DNA of 32,000 nt from Sinorhizobium meliloti (GTDB taxonomy: Bacteria > Pseudomonadota > Alphaproteobacteria > Rhizobiales > Rhizobiaceae): NCBI RefSeq assembly GCF_017876815.1, contig NZ_JAGIOS010000001.1:120001-152000 (forward strand), given 5' to 3'. Positions 1-9,338 of this stretch are shown here, in pieces (within the stretch, counting starts at the first letter, position 1; every line of letters begins with the position of its first letter). A model generated the notes under the pieces. It did no database searches and was not told the DNA's origin. It saw only the letters and a program-made list of their open reading frames with translations. The translations under genes and the position numbers were made by a program.

Positions 1-3000
1 GTCGGCTTTACGCTCGCGATCGGAGCAGGCGCCGTGAGCCCGGCCCATGCGATAAACGAATGCGGCCCGGCCATTGGCGGAGTTGTGACCTGCAACACGT
101 CCACTTACCCGAAGGGGCCCGGAACCCATATCGAATATCGTATTGATACCGGACTGAGGGCGACGATCGACAGCGTGGCGGTCAGATGGGCGGACGATGC
201 GGGCAGCGATCGGCCTGCGATCGACATCCGTTCGGACAAGGTCACGAGCGAAGGCGATCTCATCGTGACGATCGAGGGCTCGACGGTGACGACCGGCGAG
301 CCGGACAGAATTGGAACACGCTCCGACAGAGAGGTAGGCGAGTACGCCGATGGATTGAGAGTGACGCAGCGCGGTGCGGGGCTCGTTTCAGCGACGATGC
401 TGAGCGGCAGCATCATCACATATGGATACAACGCAGCGGGAATTTACGCCTGGCAGCCCGGGGCCAACGAAAACAACAAGAGTGATGTGATCGCCGATTT
501 CTCGGGAGAAGATTCCACGATCGAGACCTTCGGATCCTACTCTCAAGGTATCTATGGCCGCACAGAAACCGGCATAGGCAATGTCGCGGTGACGGCGAAG
601 GACGGAACGATCGTCACCCATGGCCTGTCGTCGATAGGCGTTCGCGGACTGAAGCATAGCGCGTCCCTGGGAGACGGCGACGTGACCGTTGCCGGCGACA
701 ACATCACGGTAACGACCGGCGGAAATCTAAGTATCGGTATGGAGGCGAGAGTCGAGGACAGCAAGTCCGGCAGGGGCAACGCTTCGGTTTTCGTCCGCAA
801 CGAGGCGGCGATCGAGACCTCGGGCACAAGGGCACATGGCGCTCAAGCCTTCAATCTGGACCCGGGTGACAGCACGGTCGTTCTGGAAAAGAGCAAAATC
901 ACGACGCGCGGCGAGGGTGCTATAGGGATTCGGGCCGAGGCAGGAGACGGCAATGCCGTTACCGAAGTCACCAAAGGAAGCATTGCCACGGCTGGAGCAT
1001 CGGCGATCGGGCTCGCGGCCATCAGCCAGGGAAACATGGGCGAGGCGCGCGTCTCGCTGGACGGCGGAGACGTCTCGACCGGCGGGGATAACGCGGAAGG
1101 CCTGATCGCGACCGCGAAGGGCGCCGGCGGAACGGCCACCGCCCGCTTGGTGGACGGGAACGTGAAGACGGCCGGTCGCGATGCAGAGGGCCTGATCGCT
1201 CACGCCGGCGATGAAAGTATCCCGACGAGCATCAATGCCGATGCCAGCGTGATCATGCAAGCCGGCAGCATAACGACCACCGGCGACGGCGCGGGTGGAA
1301 TGATCGCAGAGACCGACATCGGCCCGACGCCCTCGACAGGAAAAGCAACTGCCGTGCAGCGGGCAGGCACGATCATGACCAGCGGCGGCGAGATTGGCGG
1401 CAATGAGGGCAGCTACGCAATCGCGGCGCTCTCCTTCGGGTCCGGCCTGGCTTCCATCGAGCAGGCGGGCGGCAGCGCTACGACTGCGGGGGCGCAGAGC
1501 CACGCCTTGTATGCTCTCTCGATCTTCGGCAACACCATGGTCACCCAGGCAGCCGGCAGCAGCGCGGTCGCGACCGGCGCGAAGGCGAGCGGTCTGCGGG
1601 CCCTGGCGGGCCCGGGCGGCGGCAATGAAGTAACGCTGGACGGCAAGGTTACCGCTGGCTCTGCTCCCGCCGTTCACACCATCTGCTCCGCAGGCAGCAA
1701 GATCACCATCGGCTCCGCTGCGGAGATCGACGGTTCTGCTTCGGGCACCGCCATTCGCGACGGCGACTCCGATCTGGATGCGGCGGACGAAACGGGAGGG
1801 AATTCCACCGCCACGCTTGCCGGCAAGGTCACCGGCGATGTCGTCATGGGGCTCGGCAATGATATCATCAATCTCACCGGCGGCGTGCTCGACGGCGATG
1901 TCTATGGCGACGACAGGTTAGCCACCGCCGCTGACGGCGACGACAGCTTCACCTGGAGCGGCGGCACCTGGCTTTCCAGTTTCTTCGGCGGCAACGGCTC
2001 CGACACCGCCACCGTCTCCGCGCAGAGTTACGACGGGACGCATCACTATCTCGATGGCGGCGACGACGTCTCGACTGCCGATGGCTGGACCGACCGACTG
2101 AACTTGAGCGGCGTCACCGCGAGCGCCAACGGCGCCAACATCGTCAATTGGGAAATCGTCACCCTGGACGCTGCCGATGTCACCATTCTCGACGGCGCAC
2201 TTGAAGCCGGCTCGGAGCCCGAAACGGGCCTGTTCCTGACGAACGGCTCCGTTCTTAACGGATCGGATGCCTTCGCGCTGGCCGGCAACATGGCGATCGA
2301 CGGTACTTCGCAATTCATCGCCTTCGGCGAGGATATCGCCAACGGCGTCTATTCGATCTCCGGCAATTTAGTCAATGCCGGCACGGTCGACATGCAGGAT
2401 GGAGGAACCGGCGACGTTCTGTCCGTCGGCGGCAACTACACCGGCGCGGAGAATAGCACGGTCTATATCGATACCTATCTCGGTGACGACGCGTCTCCAA
2501 CCGACCACATCACCGTCGGCGGCGATACGGCTGGCAGCACAGCGATCAGCATAGGCAATGCCGGCGGACCCAGCGCTCAAACGGTGGCCGGCATTCGTGT
2601 GGTCGGTGTGGCAGGCGCGTCCTCCGGCACCTTCGTCCTCGCCAACGCGAACTCCGAAATCAAGGAAACCGGAGAGGCCGCGATTACCCGGGGCGCCTAT
2701 GCCTATGCGCTGCGGCAGGTCGATAACGACGACTGGTTCCTTCAGTCGACGTTAGCCGAAGACGATACCGGCCCGGACACCGGAGGCGAGCAGGCTGTCG
2801 ATCCAGAGACCGAAGGCGGTGAGACCGTCGACCCGGGAACCGGAGGCGGCGAAACCGTCGACCCGGGGACAGGAGGCGGCGAAACCGTCGACCCGGGGAC
2901 CGGAGGCGGCGAAACCGTCGACCCCGGGACCGGAGGCGGCGAAACCGTCGACCCGGGGACCGGAGGCGGTGAGACTGTCGACCCGGGGACCGGAGGCGGC

Positions 3001-4176
3001 GAAACCGTCGACCCCGGGACCGGAGGCGGCGAAACCGTCGACCCGGAGACTGGAGGCGGCGAAACCGTCGACCCGGGGACCGGAGGCGGCGAAACCGTCG
3101 ACCCCGGAACCGGAGGCGGCGAAACCGTCGACCCCGGGACCGGAGGCGGCGAAACGGTAATCCCGAGCTACAATCAGGGCGTGCCCGTCTACGAAACCTA
3201 TGCCCGGAACCTCCTCGGCTTCATACAACTCCCGACATTGCGCCGGCGTGCCTCCGGCGAGAGAGTTCCTGCCTTGCGCTCCTGTGGGAGCGTACCACTG
3301 AATGTCGAGGGCAATCAGACCGCCGCCTGCGCCGAGGATAATACCGTCTGGGCTCGAATCGACGGCACCCGTGCCCATGTGGAGCCCGAGGAGAGTGGCG
3401 CCCGCGTTTCGGAATACGACTCTCGTTCCTGGTTGCTGCAGGCCGGCATCGACGCACTTCTGCATAGCAGCGGCAAGGGCGAGCTGATCGGCGGCCTGAC
3501 TGCCCACTATGGCGGCATCAACACCGATGTATCTTCCTTCTATGGTGACGGCTCCATCGACACCCGCGGCTACGGCCTCGGCGCTACCCTGACCTGGTAT
3601 GGCCAGAACGGCTTCTATCTGGACGGTCAGGGCCAGCTAACCCGGTTCGACAGCGATCTCGACTCGGACATTCTTGGCCGGCTTGCCGACGGGAATGACG
3701 GGCTGGGTTATGCGGTCAGCATCGAGGCGGGCCATCGTATCGGCCTCGGCGACACGTGGGCCCTGACGCCGCAGGCGCAACTCGTTAATACCTCGGTGAA
3801 CTTCGATGACTTCGTGGACCCATACGGGGCGCGGGTTTCACTCGATGACGGAAATAGCCTGCGCGGCCGCATCGGTCTCGCACTCGATCGCGAGCAGCAA
3901 TGGCAAGGCGCCGAAGGCGACGGTCGCAGCTCGCGCCTCTACGGCACCATCGATCTATACCGTGAGTTCCTGGGCGATACCCGCGCGGATGTGTCCGGCG
4001 TCTCGTTTGGCATCGAGGCCGATGACTGGATTGGCGAAATCGGCATTGGCGGCAGCTACAACTGGGGAGACGACAAGTATTCGCTCTATGGCGAAGCCCG
4101 CGCATCCACCGGTCTATCCGATTTCGGCGGCAGCTACGCGGTACGTGCATCCGTCGGACTGAAGATGAAGTTCTGA
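1..4176 (+). CDS. Autotransporter outer-membrane protein (repetitive passenger plus C-terminal beta-barrel translocator). The 5' end is cut by the window edge.
   Basis: ORF track gives 34..4176. Frame 1 has no stop in nt 1-33 and reads VGFTLAIGAGAVSPAHA|INE, the tail of a signal peptide with an AxA cleavage site, so the true start lies upstream of the window. The passenger is G/T/A/S-rich with many degenerate beta-helix-type repeats. The last ~280 aa (WARIDG...GYGLGATLTWY...SVGLKMKF*) end in Phe, as in classical autotransporter barrels. Confidence 0.9.
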   Translation, partial: VGFTLAIGAGAVSPAHAINECGPAIGGVVTCNTSTYPKGPGTHIEYRIDTGLRATIDSVAVRWADDAGSDRPAIDIRSDKVTSEGDLIVTIEGSTVTTGEPDRIGTRSDREVGEYADGLRVTQRGAGLVSATMLSGSIITYGYNAAGIYAWQPGANENNKSDVIADFSGEDSTIETFGSYSQGIYGRTETGIGNVAVTAKDGTIVTHGLSSIGVRGLKHSASLGDGDVTVAGDNITVTTGGNLSIGMEARVEDSKSGRGNASVFVRNEAAIETSGTRAHGAQAFNLDPGDSTVVLEKSKITTRGEGAIGIRAEAGDGNAVTEVTKGSIATAGASAIGLAAISQGNMGEARVSLDGGDVSTGGDNAEGLIATAKGAGGTATARLVDGNVKTAGRDAEGLIAHAGDESIPTSINADASVIMQAGSITTTGDGAGGMIAETDIGPTPSTGKATAVQRAGTIMTSGGEIGGNEGSYAIAALSFGSGLASIEQAGGSATTAGAQSHALYALSIFGNTMVTQAAGSSAVATGAKASGLRALAGPGGGNEVTLDGKVTAGSAPAVHTICSAGSKITIGSAAEIDGSASGTAIRDGDSDLDAADETGGNSTATLAGKVTGDVVMGLGNDIINLTGGVLDGDVYGDDRLATAADGDDSFTWSGGTWLSSFFGGNGSDTATVSAQSYDGTHHYLDGGDDVSTADGWTDRLNLSGVTASANGANIVNWEIVTLDAADVTILDGALEAGSEPETGLFLTNGSVLNGSDAFALAGNMAIDGTSQFIAFGEDIANGVYSISGNLVNAGTVDMQDGGTGDVLSVGGNYTGAENSTVYIDTYLGDDASPTDHITVGGDTAGSTAISIGNAGGPSAQTVAGIRVVGVAGASSGTFVLANANSEIKETGEAAITRGAYAYALRQVDNDDWFLQSTLAEDDTGPDTGGEQAVDPETEGGETVDPGTGGGETVDPGTGGGETVDPGTGGGETVDPGTGGGETVDPGTGGGETVDPGTGGGETVDPGTGGGETVDPETGGGETVDPGTGGGETVDPGTGGGETVDPGTGGGETVIPSYNQGVPVYETYARNLLGFIQLPTLRRRASGERVPALRSCGSVPLNVEGNQTAACAEDNTVWARIDGTRAHVEPEESGARVSEYDSRSWLLQAGIDALLHSSGKGELIGGLTAHYGGINTDVSSFYGDGSIDTRGYGLGATLTWYGQNGFYLDGQGQLTRFDSDLDSDILGRLADGNDGLGYAVSIEAGHRIGLGDTWALTPQAQLVNTSVNFDDFVDPYGARVSLDDGNSLRGRIGLALDREQQWQGAEGDGRSSRLYGTIDLYREFLGDTRADVSGVSFGIEADDWIGEIGIGGSYNWGDDKYSLYGEARASTGLSDFGGSYAVRASVGLKMKF
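2791..3159 (+). repeat. In-frame 30-bp tandem array: 11 near-identical units, one degenerate leading unit and a partial last unit. It encodes (ETVDPGTGGG)n in the passenger-barrel linker.
   Basis: Units start at 2821, 2851 ... 3121 (GAAACCGTCGACCCGGGGACCGGAGGCGGC). They differ only by a few mostly synonymous substitutions (CCG GGG vs CCC GGG). Unit 8 carries G->E (GGAGAC TGG...). The unit at 2791 is degenerate (QAVDPETEGG). Confidence 0.95.
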
Positions 4177-4181
4177 GACCC

Positions 4182-4441
4182 GTTGAGATTCGGGCTACCG
4201 GGGGGCTTGTTTGATTACCTCATCCCTGTGCTCGTCCAGGGATCCAGCCAGACCAAGTCCTTGGGCTGAAAGAGCGCTTCCCGCGCCGCAGACGCGGCGC
4301 TGCTCTCATGACTAGGACAGAGATGAGGCAAGAGGAGAGATTGCAGTCCTCCGATACCGGCGCGGTTTTCCGCCCGCATCCCGCTCTAATCCTTTGGAAT
4401 CGATCACGTTCGTGATGTTAGGCCGACCCGAACCATCGTGA
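4182..4441. repeat. Intergenic mosaic element copy 1 (RIME-like, palindromic)
   Basis: Aligns over its whole length with 4452..4715 (most positions identical by eye, a few small indels). Contains an imperfect copy of the long palindrome CCTCATCCCTGTGCTCGTC(A)CAGGGATCCAGC ... and the hairpin GCGCCGC-AGAC-GCGGCGC. Confidence 0.8.
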
Positions 4442-4451
4442 ACCAAGGCCT

Positions 4452-4715
4452 GTTGAATTTGGGCTACCCGCCGCGGTTTGTTTGATTTCCTCATCCCTGT
4501 GCTCGTCACAGGGATCCAGCCAGACCAAGTCCTTGGGCTGAATGAACTCCTCCCGCGCCGCAGACGCGGCGCTGCTGGATCTCTGTGACAAGCACAGAAA
4601 TGAGGAAGGGATGCAGGTCCTCCGATACGGGCGCGGTTTTCCGCCCGCATCCCGCTCCAACCTTTTGGAATCGAGCACTTTCATGGTTTAGGCCGACCGA
4701 CCTGATCCATCGTGA
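4452..4715. repeat. Intergenic mosaic element copy 2 (RIME-like, palindromic)
   Basis: Better-preserved copy. The 32-nt arms 4489..4520 (CCTCATCCCTGTGCTCGTCACAGGGATCCAGC) and 4574..4605 (GCTGGATCTCTGTGACAAGCACAGAAATGAGG) are near reverse complements. Each arm contains its own small hairpin. The central GCGCCGCAGACGCGGCGC hairpin lies between them. Confidence 0.8.
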
Positions 4716-4763
4716 TCTCGTCTGCCGGATGAAGAGCAATATACCCCAACGATCGACGAGGAC

Positions 4764-5243
4764 TCAGCCGCGCTCCTTGAGGAGCCTGTTCTTTTGCCGG
4801 TTCCAATCGCGTTCCTTGGAGGTCTCTCGTTTGTCGTGCAGCTTCTTGCCCTTGCCGAGCGCCAGTTCCAGCTTCACCCTGCCTCGCTCATTGAAGTATA
4901 TCCGGAGCGGTATCAGCGACATCCCCTCGCGGTTGACCGCACCCTGCAGACGGTTCACTTCCCTTTTCGACAGGAGCAATTTGCGGCGGCGGCGCGTCTC
5001 GTGATTGAAGCGGTTGGCCTGCAGATATTCGGGCAGGTAGGAATTGATGAGCCAGATCTCGCCGCCTTCGTCGGTCGCGTATGATTCCGCGATATTGGCC
5101 TTCCCCTCGCGCAACGACTTGACCTCCGTGCCGGTCAGGACCAGACCGGCCTCGTAGGTGTCGACGATCTCGTAGTTGAAGCGGGCCTTGCGATTTTCCG
5201 CGACAACCTTCTTGACCGTGCGTTCGCTGCCTTTCGGTGCCAT
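4764..5243 (-). CDS. smpB: SsrA-binding protein SmpB
   Basis: 159 aa. The N-terminus ...[38 protein letters not shown]... and the basic C-terminal tail are diagnostic of SmpB. Its ATG overlaps the dapA stop by 1 nt (TGATG). Confidence 0.95.
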   Translation of the reverse strand: MAPKGSERTVKKVVAENRKARFNYEIVDTYEAGLVLTGTEVKSLREGKANIAESYATDEGGEIWLINSYLPEYLQANRFNHETRRRRKLLLSKREVNRLQGAVNREGMSLIPLRIYFNERGRVKLELALGKGKKLHDKRETSKERDWNRQKNRLLKERG

Positions 5244-6127
5244 CAGTTCATCAGCCCTGCATGCCTGAGCGCCGCGTCGATAGCCGAGGCCGTGGCCGGC
5301 TCGAGCGCCGACAACAACGGCGAACGAACGGTAAAGCTCATTCGCCCGAGGCGGTTCAACGCATATTTGGCGCCGCAGACGCCCGGCTCAAGGAAGATGG
5401 CCTTGTGAAGCGGCATCAATTTGTCCTGAAGCTCCAAGGCCTTGGCATAATTGCCGGCAAGGGTGGCCTCCTGGAACTCGGCGCACAGGCGCGGCGCGAC
5501 ATTGGCGGTGACGGAAATGCAGCCGACGCCGCCATGGGCATTGAAGCCGAGCGCGGTCGCATCCTCACCCGAAAGCTGCACGAAGGCCTTGCCGCAGGCC
5601 ATGCGCTGCTCGGAAACCCTCTCGATCCTGCCGGTCGCATCCTTCACGCCGACGATCGTCGGATGGGCCTTCGCCAGCGCCGCCATGGTCTCGACGCTCA
5701 TGTCGACGACGGAACGGCCGGGAATGTTATAGATCACGATCGGCAGCTTCACGCTTTCGGCGATCGCCGCGAAGTGGGCGAAAAGACCCTTCTGCGTCGG
5801 TTTGTTGTAATAGGGCGTGACGACGAGGATCGCGTCCGCACCGGCCTTCTCCGCATGCTGCGCAAGCTCGATCGCTTCGATCGTATTATTGGACCCGGCA
5901 CCGGCGATGACCGGTACGCGCCGCGCCGACGCCTCGACGCACAGTTCCACGACCTTCTTATGCTCGTCGTGGGAAAGCGTCGGAGATTCACCCGTGGTGC
6001 CCACCGGCACAAGGCCGTGGCTGCCCTCTTTTATCTGCCACTCCACATGCGCGACGAAACTATCCGCATCAACCGAGCCGGCGGCGGTGAACGGCGTTAC
6101 GAGTGCGGGAATGGAACCCTTGAACAT
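5243..6127 (-). CDS. dapA: 4-hydroxy-tetrahydrodipicolinate synthase
   Basis: [13 protein letters not shown]...[17 protein letters not shown]...VVTPYYNKP...[10 protein letters not shown]...GVKDATG are DapA family motifs. I place the start at the internal ATG 6127, preceded by AGGAG, rather than at the track start 6166. Confidence 0.95.
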   Translation of the reverse strand: MFKGSIPALVTPFTAAGSVDADSFVAHVEWQIKEGSHGLVPVGTTGESPTLSHDEHKKVVELCVEASARRVPVIAGAGSNNTIEAIELAQHAEKAGADAILVVTPYYNKPTQKGLFAHFAAIAESVKLPIVIYNIPGRSVVDMSVETMAALAKAHPTIVGVKDATGRIERVSEQRMACGKAFVQLSGEDATALGFNAHGGVGCISVTANVAPRLCAEFQEATLAGNYAKALELQDKLMPLHKAIFLEPGVCGAKYALNRLGRMSFTVRSPLLSALEPATASAIDAALRHAGLMN

Positions 6128-6426
6128 GCACAACTCCTGACGACCGAGGGCGCAGAATACGCTCACGCTTTGGCCGCAATCGACGGTTAAAAAACTGCCG
6201 CACCATAATCATGTGACGTGTCTGCGGCAAGCGCTGAGAGGATGCATTTCGCTTTCGTTTCCGCGCAATCGACGCCCTCGAGCGAGACCGCAATGGGCGC
6301 CGGGTTTCGGGGAACGCGCACGCGCCGGCCGGCAAGCAAGCTGACAAATGTGCTAGGTTTTCGCCGGCCGATCGGCTGTAATGGAGCGGCAATGAAGTCG
6401 AGGGATGGGGGACCACGGGGCTCTTG

Positions 6427-8469
6427 ATGCGGGGAACAGTCTTTCTGCCGGTCGCCGCCATGATCGGTGCGGGGATGCTGGCGTTTTCGGCCGACGCAGC
6501 CGAGGGTCGGATTCCTGTACCGACGAGCAAGCCGGATGCCCGCAAGATCGGCAGCCTCGAAACCGGCGAACTCTCAACTATCCTCGGCGCCGATCTGAAA
6601 AGCGGTCTCGATGCCCTCTCCGATCGGCAACCGGAAAAGGCGATCGCCGTTCGCGACCGCATGCCGGCAGGAACGCTCGACCGCCATATCCTAGCCTGGG
6701 CGATCGCGGTGTCCGGACAGAAGGGCATTCCCTCCTATGACATTGCCGCGGCGCAGCGGGAACTCCAGGGCTGGCCGGGCCTGAAATCGCTGCGCTCCCA
6801 TTCGGAACGGGCGCTTTACCGCGAGAACGCTCCGGCCGCCGATGTGATCGCCGCCTTCGGCACCACCCGTCCAGAGACGGCTGAAGGGGCGATCATCCTT
6901 GCACGCGCACTTGCAGCGCAGGGGCAGAGCTCGGCGGCCGCCACGCACCTGCGCGCATTCTGGCTGAGCGAAGCCCTGGACAAGGACACTGAAACGAAGA
7001 TCCTTTCCGAGTTTTCCGATCTGTTGACGACGGAAGACCACAGGCAGCGGATGGAAATGCTTCTCTACCGCACCCGCATAGACCAGGCCGAGCGGTTCAG
7101 CGATCTCGGCAAGGCGCAATCACTGTTCCGCGCCTGGGCCGCAGTGACCCGCGGCAGCAGCAACGCGGCCTCGCTCATCGAAGCGGTCGATGCTTCCTGG
7201 CGCAGCAAGCCTTCCTACCTCTTCATTCGCATCGAGCATTTACGCAAGCAGCAGAAATACGCCGAGGCAGCCCGGCTTCTCGACCAGATGCCGAAGGACG
7301 ACGGCGCCCTCGTCAATCCCGGAGAATGGTGGGTCGAGCAACGTATCGTCAGCCGCGGTCTGCTTGACGCCGGCGACTTCCGCGGCGCCTACCGCATCGC
7401 CGCCAACCATGCGGCAAAGCGCGCTACGGACCTCGTGGACGCGGAATTCCACGCGGGCTGGTATGCGCTTCGCGGCCTCGAGGAACCCGAGACGGCGGCG
7501 CTTCACTTTCGCAGGATTCTCGAGGCATCGAGCCGGCCGATCTCCGCCTCGCGCGCCTGGTATTGGCTGGGCCGCGCGGCCGAAGCGGGCGGCCCAGGCG
7601 ACGCGCGCGAATATTTCACCAACGCGGCGCGCTATCCGGCGACCTTCTATGGACAACTCGCCGCCGCACGCCTCGGCCAGGCGAAGCTCGACATGAGCTA
7701 CCCCTCACCCACCCAGGAAGACCGCATCCGGCTGGAAGGTCGCGAAGCCGTCAAGGCGATCGGCCGGCTCGAAGCCGCCGGCCATGGCTGGCGCGCCGAA
7801 AGTCTTTATCGTGCGCTTGCCGAGGAACTGACCAGCCCCGGGGAGCTTGCGATCCTGGCGGAGCGGGCCGAGAAGTCGGGCAATCACCAACTCTCGCTGC
7901 AGATCGGCAAGATCGCCTTCGGCCGCGGCATTGAGGTGGCTGCCCTCGCCTTTCCGATCGGAGTCATTCCGCCGAGCGCGGATATCGACGGCGCCGGCAA
8001 GGCGCTCGCCTATGCCATCGCCCGCCAGGAAAGTGCTTTCAATCCGGCCGCCATTTCGGTGGCGAATGCCCGGGGGCTCCTGCAACTCCTTCCCGGCACA
8101 GCCAAGGGCGTCGCCAGCCGCTATGGCCTCGCCTACTCGAAGGACCGTCTGACGAGCGACGCCGGCTATAATGCGACGCTTGGAGCCCATTACCTCGGCG
8201 AGCAGATCGACAGCTTCGGCGGTTCCTACATTCTCACCTTCATCGCCTATAATGCCGGCCCGCGTCGCGTTCCTGACTGGCTCGCCCGCTATGGCGATCC
8301 ACGCGGAAAGCCCATCGACGAGGTCGTGGACTGGATCGAGCGCATCCCCTTCGAGGAGACGCGCAACTATGTCCAGCGGGTGATGGAGAACTATCAGGTT
8401 TATAAGTCGCGGCTGGGACAAGATACGGATATCGTTGCGGATTTGAGGTTGGGACGCGCTTTGCCTTGA
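6427..8469 (+). CDS. Soluble lytic murein transglycosylase (Slt70-like: superhelical N-domain plus C-terminal SLT domain)
   Basis: N-terminal signal peptide MRGTVFLPVAAMIGAGMLAFSADA. C-terminal catalytic block AIARQESAFNPAAISVANARGLLQLLPGTA...YNAGP matches the SLT E-S / GLMQ / YNAG motifs. ATG at 6427, immediately after the TTG at 6424. Confidence 0.85.
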   Translation: MRGTVFLPVAAMIGAGMLAFSADAAEGRIPVPTSKPDARKIGSLETGELSTILGADLKSGLDALSDRQPEKAIAVRDRMPAGTLDRHILAWAIAVSGQKGIPSYDIAAAQRELQGWPGLKSLRSHSERALYRENAPAADVIAAFGTTRPETAEGAIILARALAAQGQSSAAATHLRAFWLSEALDKDTETKILSEFSDLLTTEDHRQRMEMLLYRTRIDQAERFSDLGKAQSLFRAWAAVTRGSSNAASLIEAVDASWRSKPSYLFIRIEHLRKQQKYAEAARLLDQMPKDDGALVNPGEWWVEQRIVSRGLLDAGDFRGAYRIAANHAAKRATDLVDAEFHAGWYALRGLEEPETAALHFRRILEASSRPISASRAWYWLGRAAEAGGPGDAREYFTNAARYPATFYGQLAAARLGQAKLDMSYPSPTQEDRIRLEGREAVKAIGRLEAAGHGWRAESLYRALAEELTSPGELAILAERAEKSGNHQLSLQIGKIAFGRGIEVAALAFPIGVIPPSADIDGAGKALAYAIARQESAFNPAAISVANARGLLQLLPGTAKGVASRYGLAYSKDRLTSDAGYNATLGAHYLGEQIDSFGGSYILTFIAYNAGPRRVPDWLARYGDPRGKPIDEVVDWIERIPFEETRNYVQRVMENYQVYKSRLGQDTDIVADLRLGRALP

Positions 8470-8636
8470 GCCCGGGCTGCGGGTGCGAACCGGACGGTCG
8501 CGCCTGACTCCAACGTTTCCCCGCGACAGCTCTGCCGAGAGAGGATCACATCATCGTGATCGTTTGGCCGCGTCCGGCACAAAATACGATTTCGGCCATT
8601 TTCCCCTGGAAGGGATTTACTTTCTCCTGAGAGGAA

Positions 8637-9125
8637 ATGGTGAGGCCAATGAAGACCTTAGCAATTGTTGCCCTGTCGCTGGCCACGGTCATCAGCAGCG
8701 TTCCGCCCGCAGAGGCATTTCCGATCGTTCCGGCTCCGAAGCCGCAGGCCGCCGACGTGCAGTTGGCGCAGTTTCCCGACAGGGCGCGTTGCCCGGGTGT
8801 TGGCTGCCCGCGTATGGGGCGGGAACGCTGGCGTGGCAATAGGCATAACTATCGTGGAAATCGCTATTACGGGAACCGGTACCACCACCGCCGCTATTAT
8901 CGCGATGACGACGACGATCTCGGCGCATTCTTTGGCGGCCTGGCAGCCGGCGCGATCGTCGGCGGCGTGCTGAGCCAGCCGAGATATGCGGCTCCGCGGT
9001 ATTCCGGCGGCGGCAACGCACATGTCGAATGGTGCTACTCGCGCTATCGCTCGTACCGGGCCTGGGACAATACGTTCCAGCCCTATAACGGCCCGAGGCG
9101 CCAGTGCTATTCGCCCTATAGCTGA
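8637..9125 (+). CDS. BA14K-family secreted protein
   Basis: Signal peptide [24 protein letters not shown]-terminal [33 protein letters not shown] is the BA14K motif. The middle is a basic/aromatic low-complexity run ([29 protein letters not shown]). The start could instead be ATG 8649. Confidence 0.8.
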   Translation: MVRPMKTLAIVALSLATVISSVPPAEAFPIVPAPKPQAADVQLAQFPDRARCPGVGCPRMGRERWRGNRHNYRGNRYYGNRYHHRRYYRDDDDDLGAFFGGLAAGAIVGGVLSQPRYAAPRYSGGGNAHVEWCYSRYRSYRAWDNTFQPYNGPRRQCYSPYS

Positions 9126-9320
9126 TGAGTTTCGCACCTAAGACGTGAGTCTGAAGGGAGGAGCCGGCGCGCCTCCCTCGCCCGCATGCTCGGGCCGTCA
9201 TTCTTGCGCGGCACCGACAGTTCATCACCGAATCCCCTGCCATTTACCGCCTGATTCATCCGCGGCATGTAAGCCCGTGGCCTTGTATCTCCTATCCAGT
9301 CATAGGAATTATTTCTCACG

Positions 9321-9337
9321 TCTGACTGGAGGTCAGA
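9321..9337 (+). promoter_or_regulatory. 5'-UTR hairpin that displays the Shine-Dalgarno sequence of the porin gene
   Basis: TCTGAC-TGGAG-GTCAGA: 6-bp stem, GGAG in the loop, ATG one nt downstream. The same structure lies upstream of the second porin copy (12645..12661, minus strand) with a U.G compensation. Confidence 0.5.
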
Positions 9338-9338
9338 A

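Noticed and set aside
2791-3159. A regular 30-bp repeat array that a repeat finder might flag as CRISPR
   Set aside because: The units are directly adjacent with no spacers. They are in frame inside a long CDS and encode a Pro/Gly/Thr linker. No cas genes are present.
2752-3507. ORFs 2752..3507 (-) and 2819..3160 (+), which encode repetitive peptides
   Set aside because: They are alternative-frame or antisense readings of the same tandem array inside the autotransporter gene. Their periodic sequence is an artefact of the repeat.
4177-4763. Possibility that the structured region next to smpB is the tmRNA (ssrA) gene
   Set aside because: There is no tRNA-like acceptor/T-arm (no GGTTCGA-type T-loop, no terminal CCA context) and no tag-reading-frame-like segment. 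The region is a tandem duplicate, which ssrA would not be.
4312-5004. Several 77-139 aa ORFs across the 4.2-4.75 kb spacer and antisense to smpB
   Set aside because: They lie in duplicated palindromic repeat DNA or opposite a well-supported gene. They have no SD and an Arg/Ser/Pro-rich junk composition.
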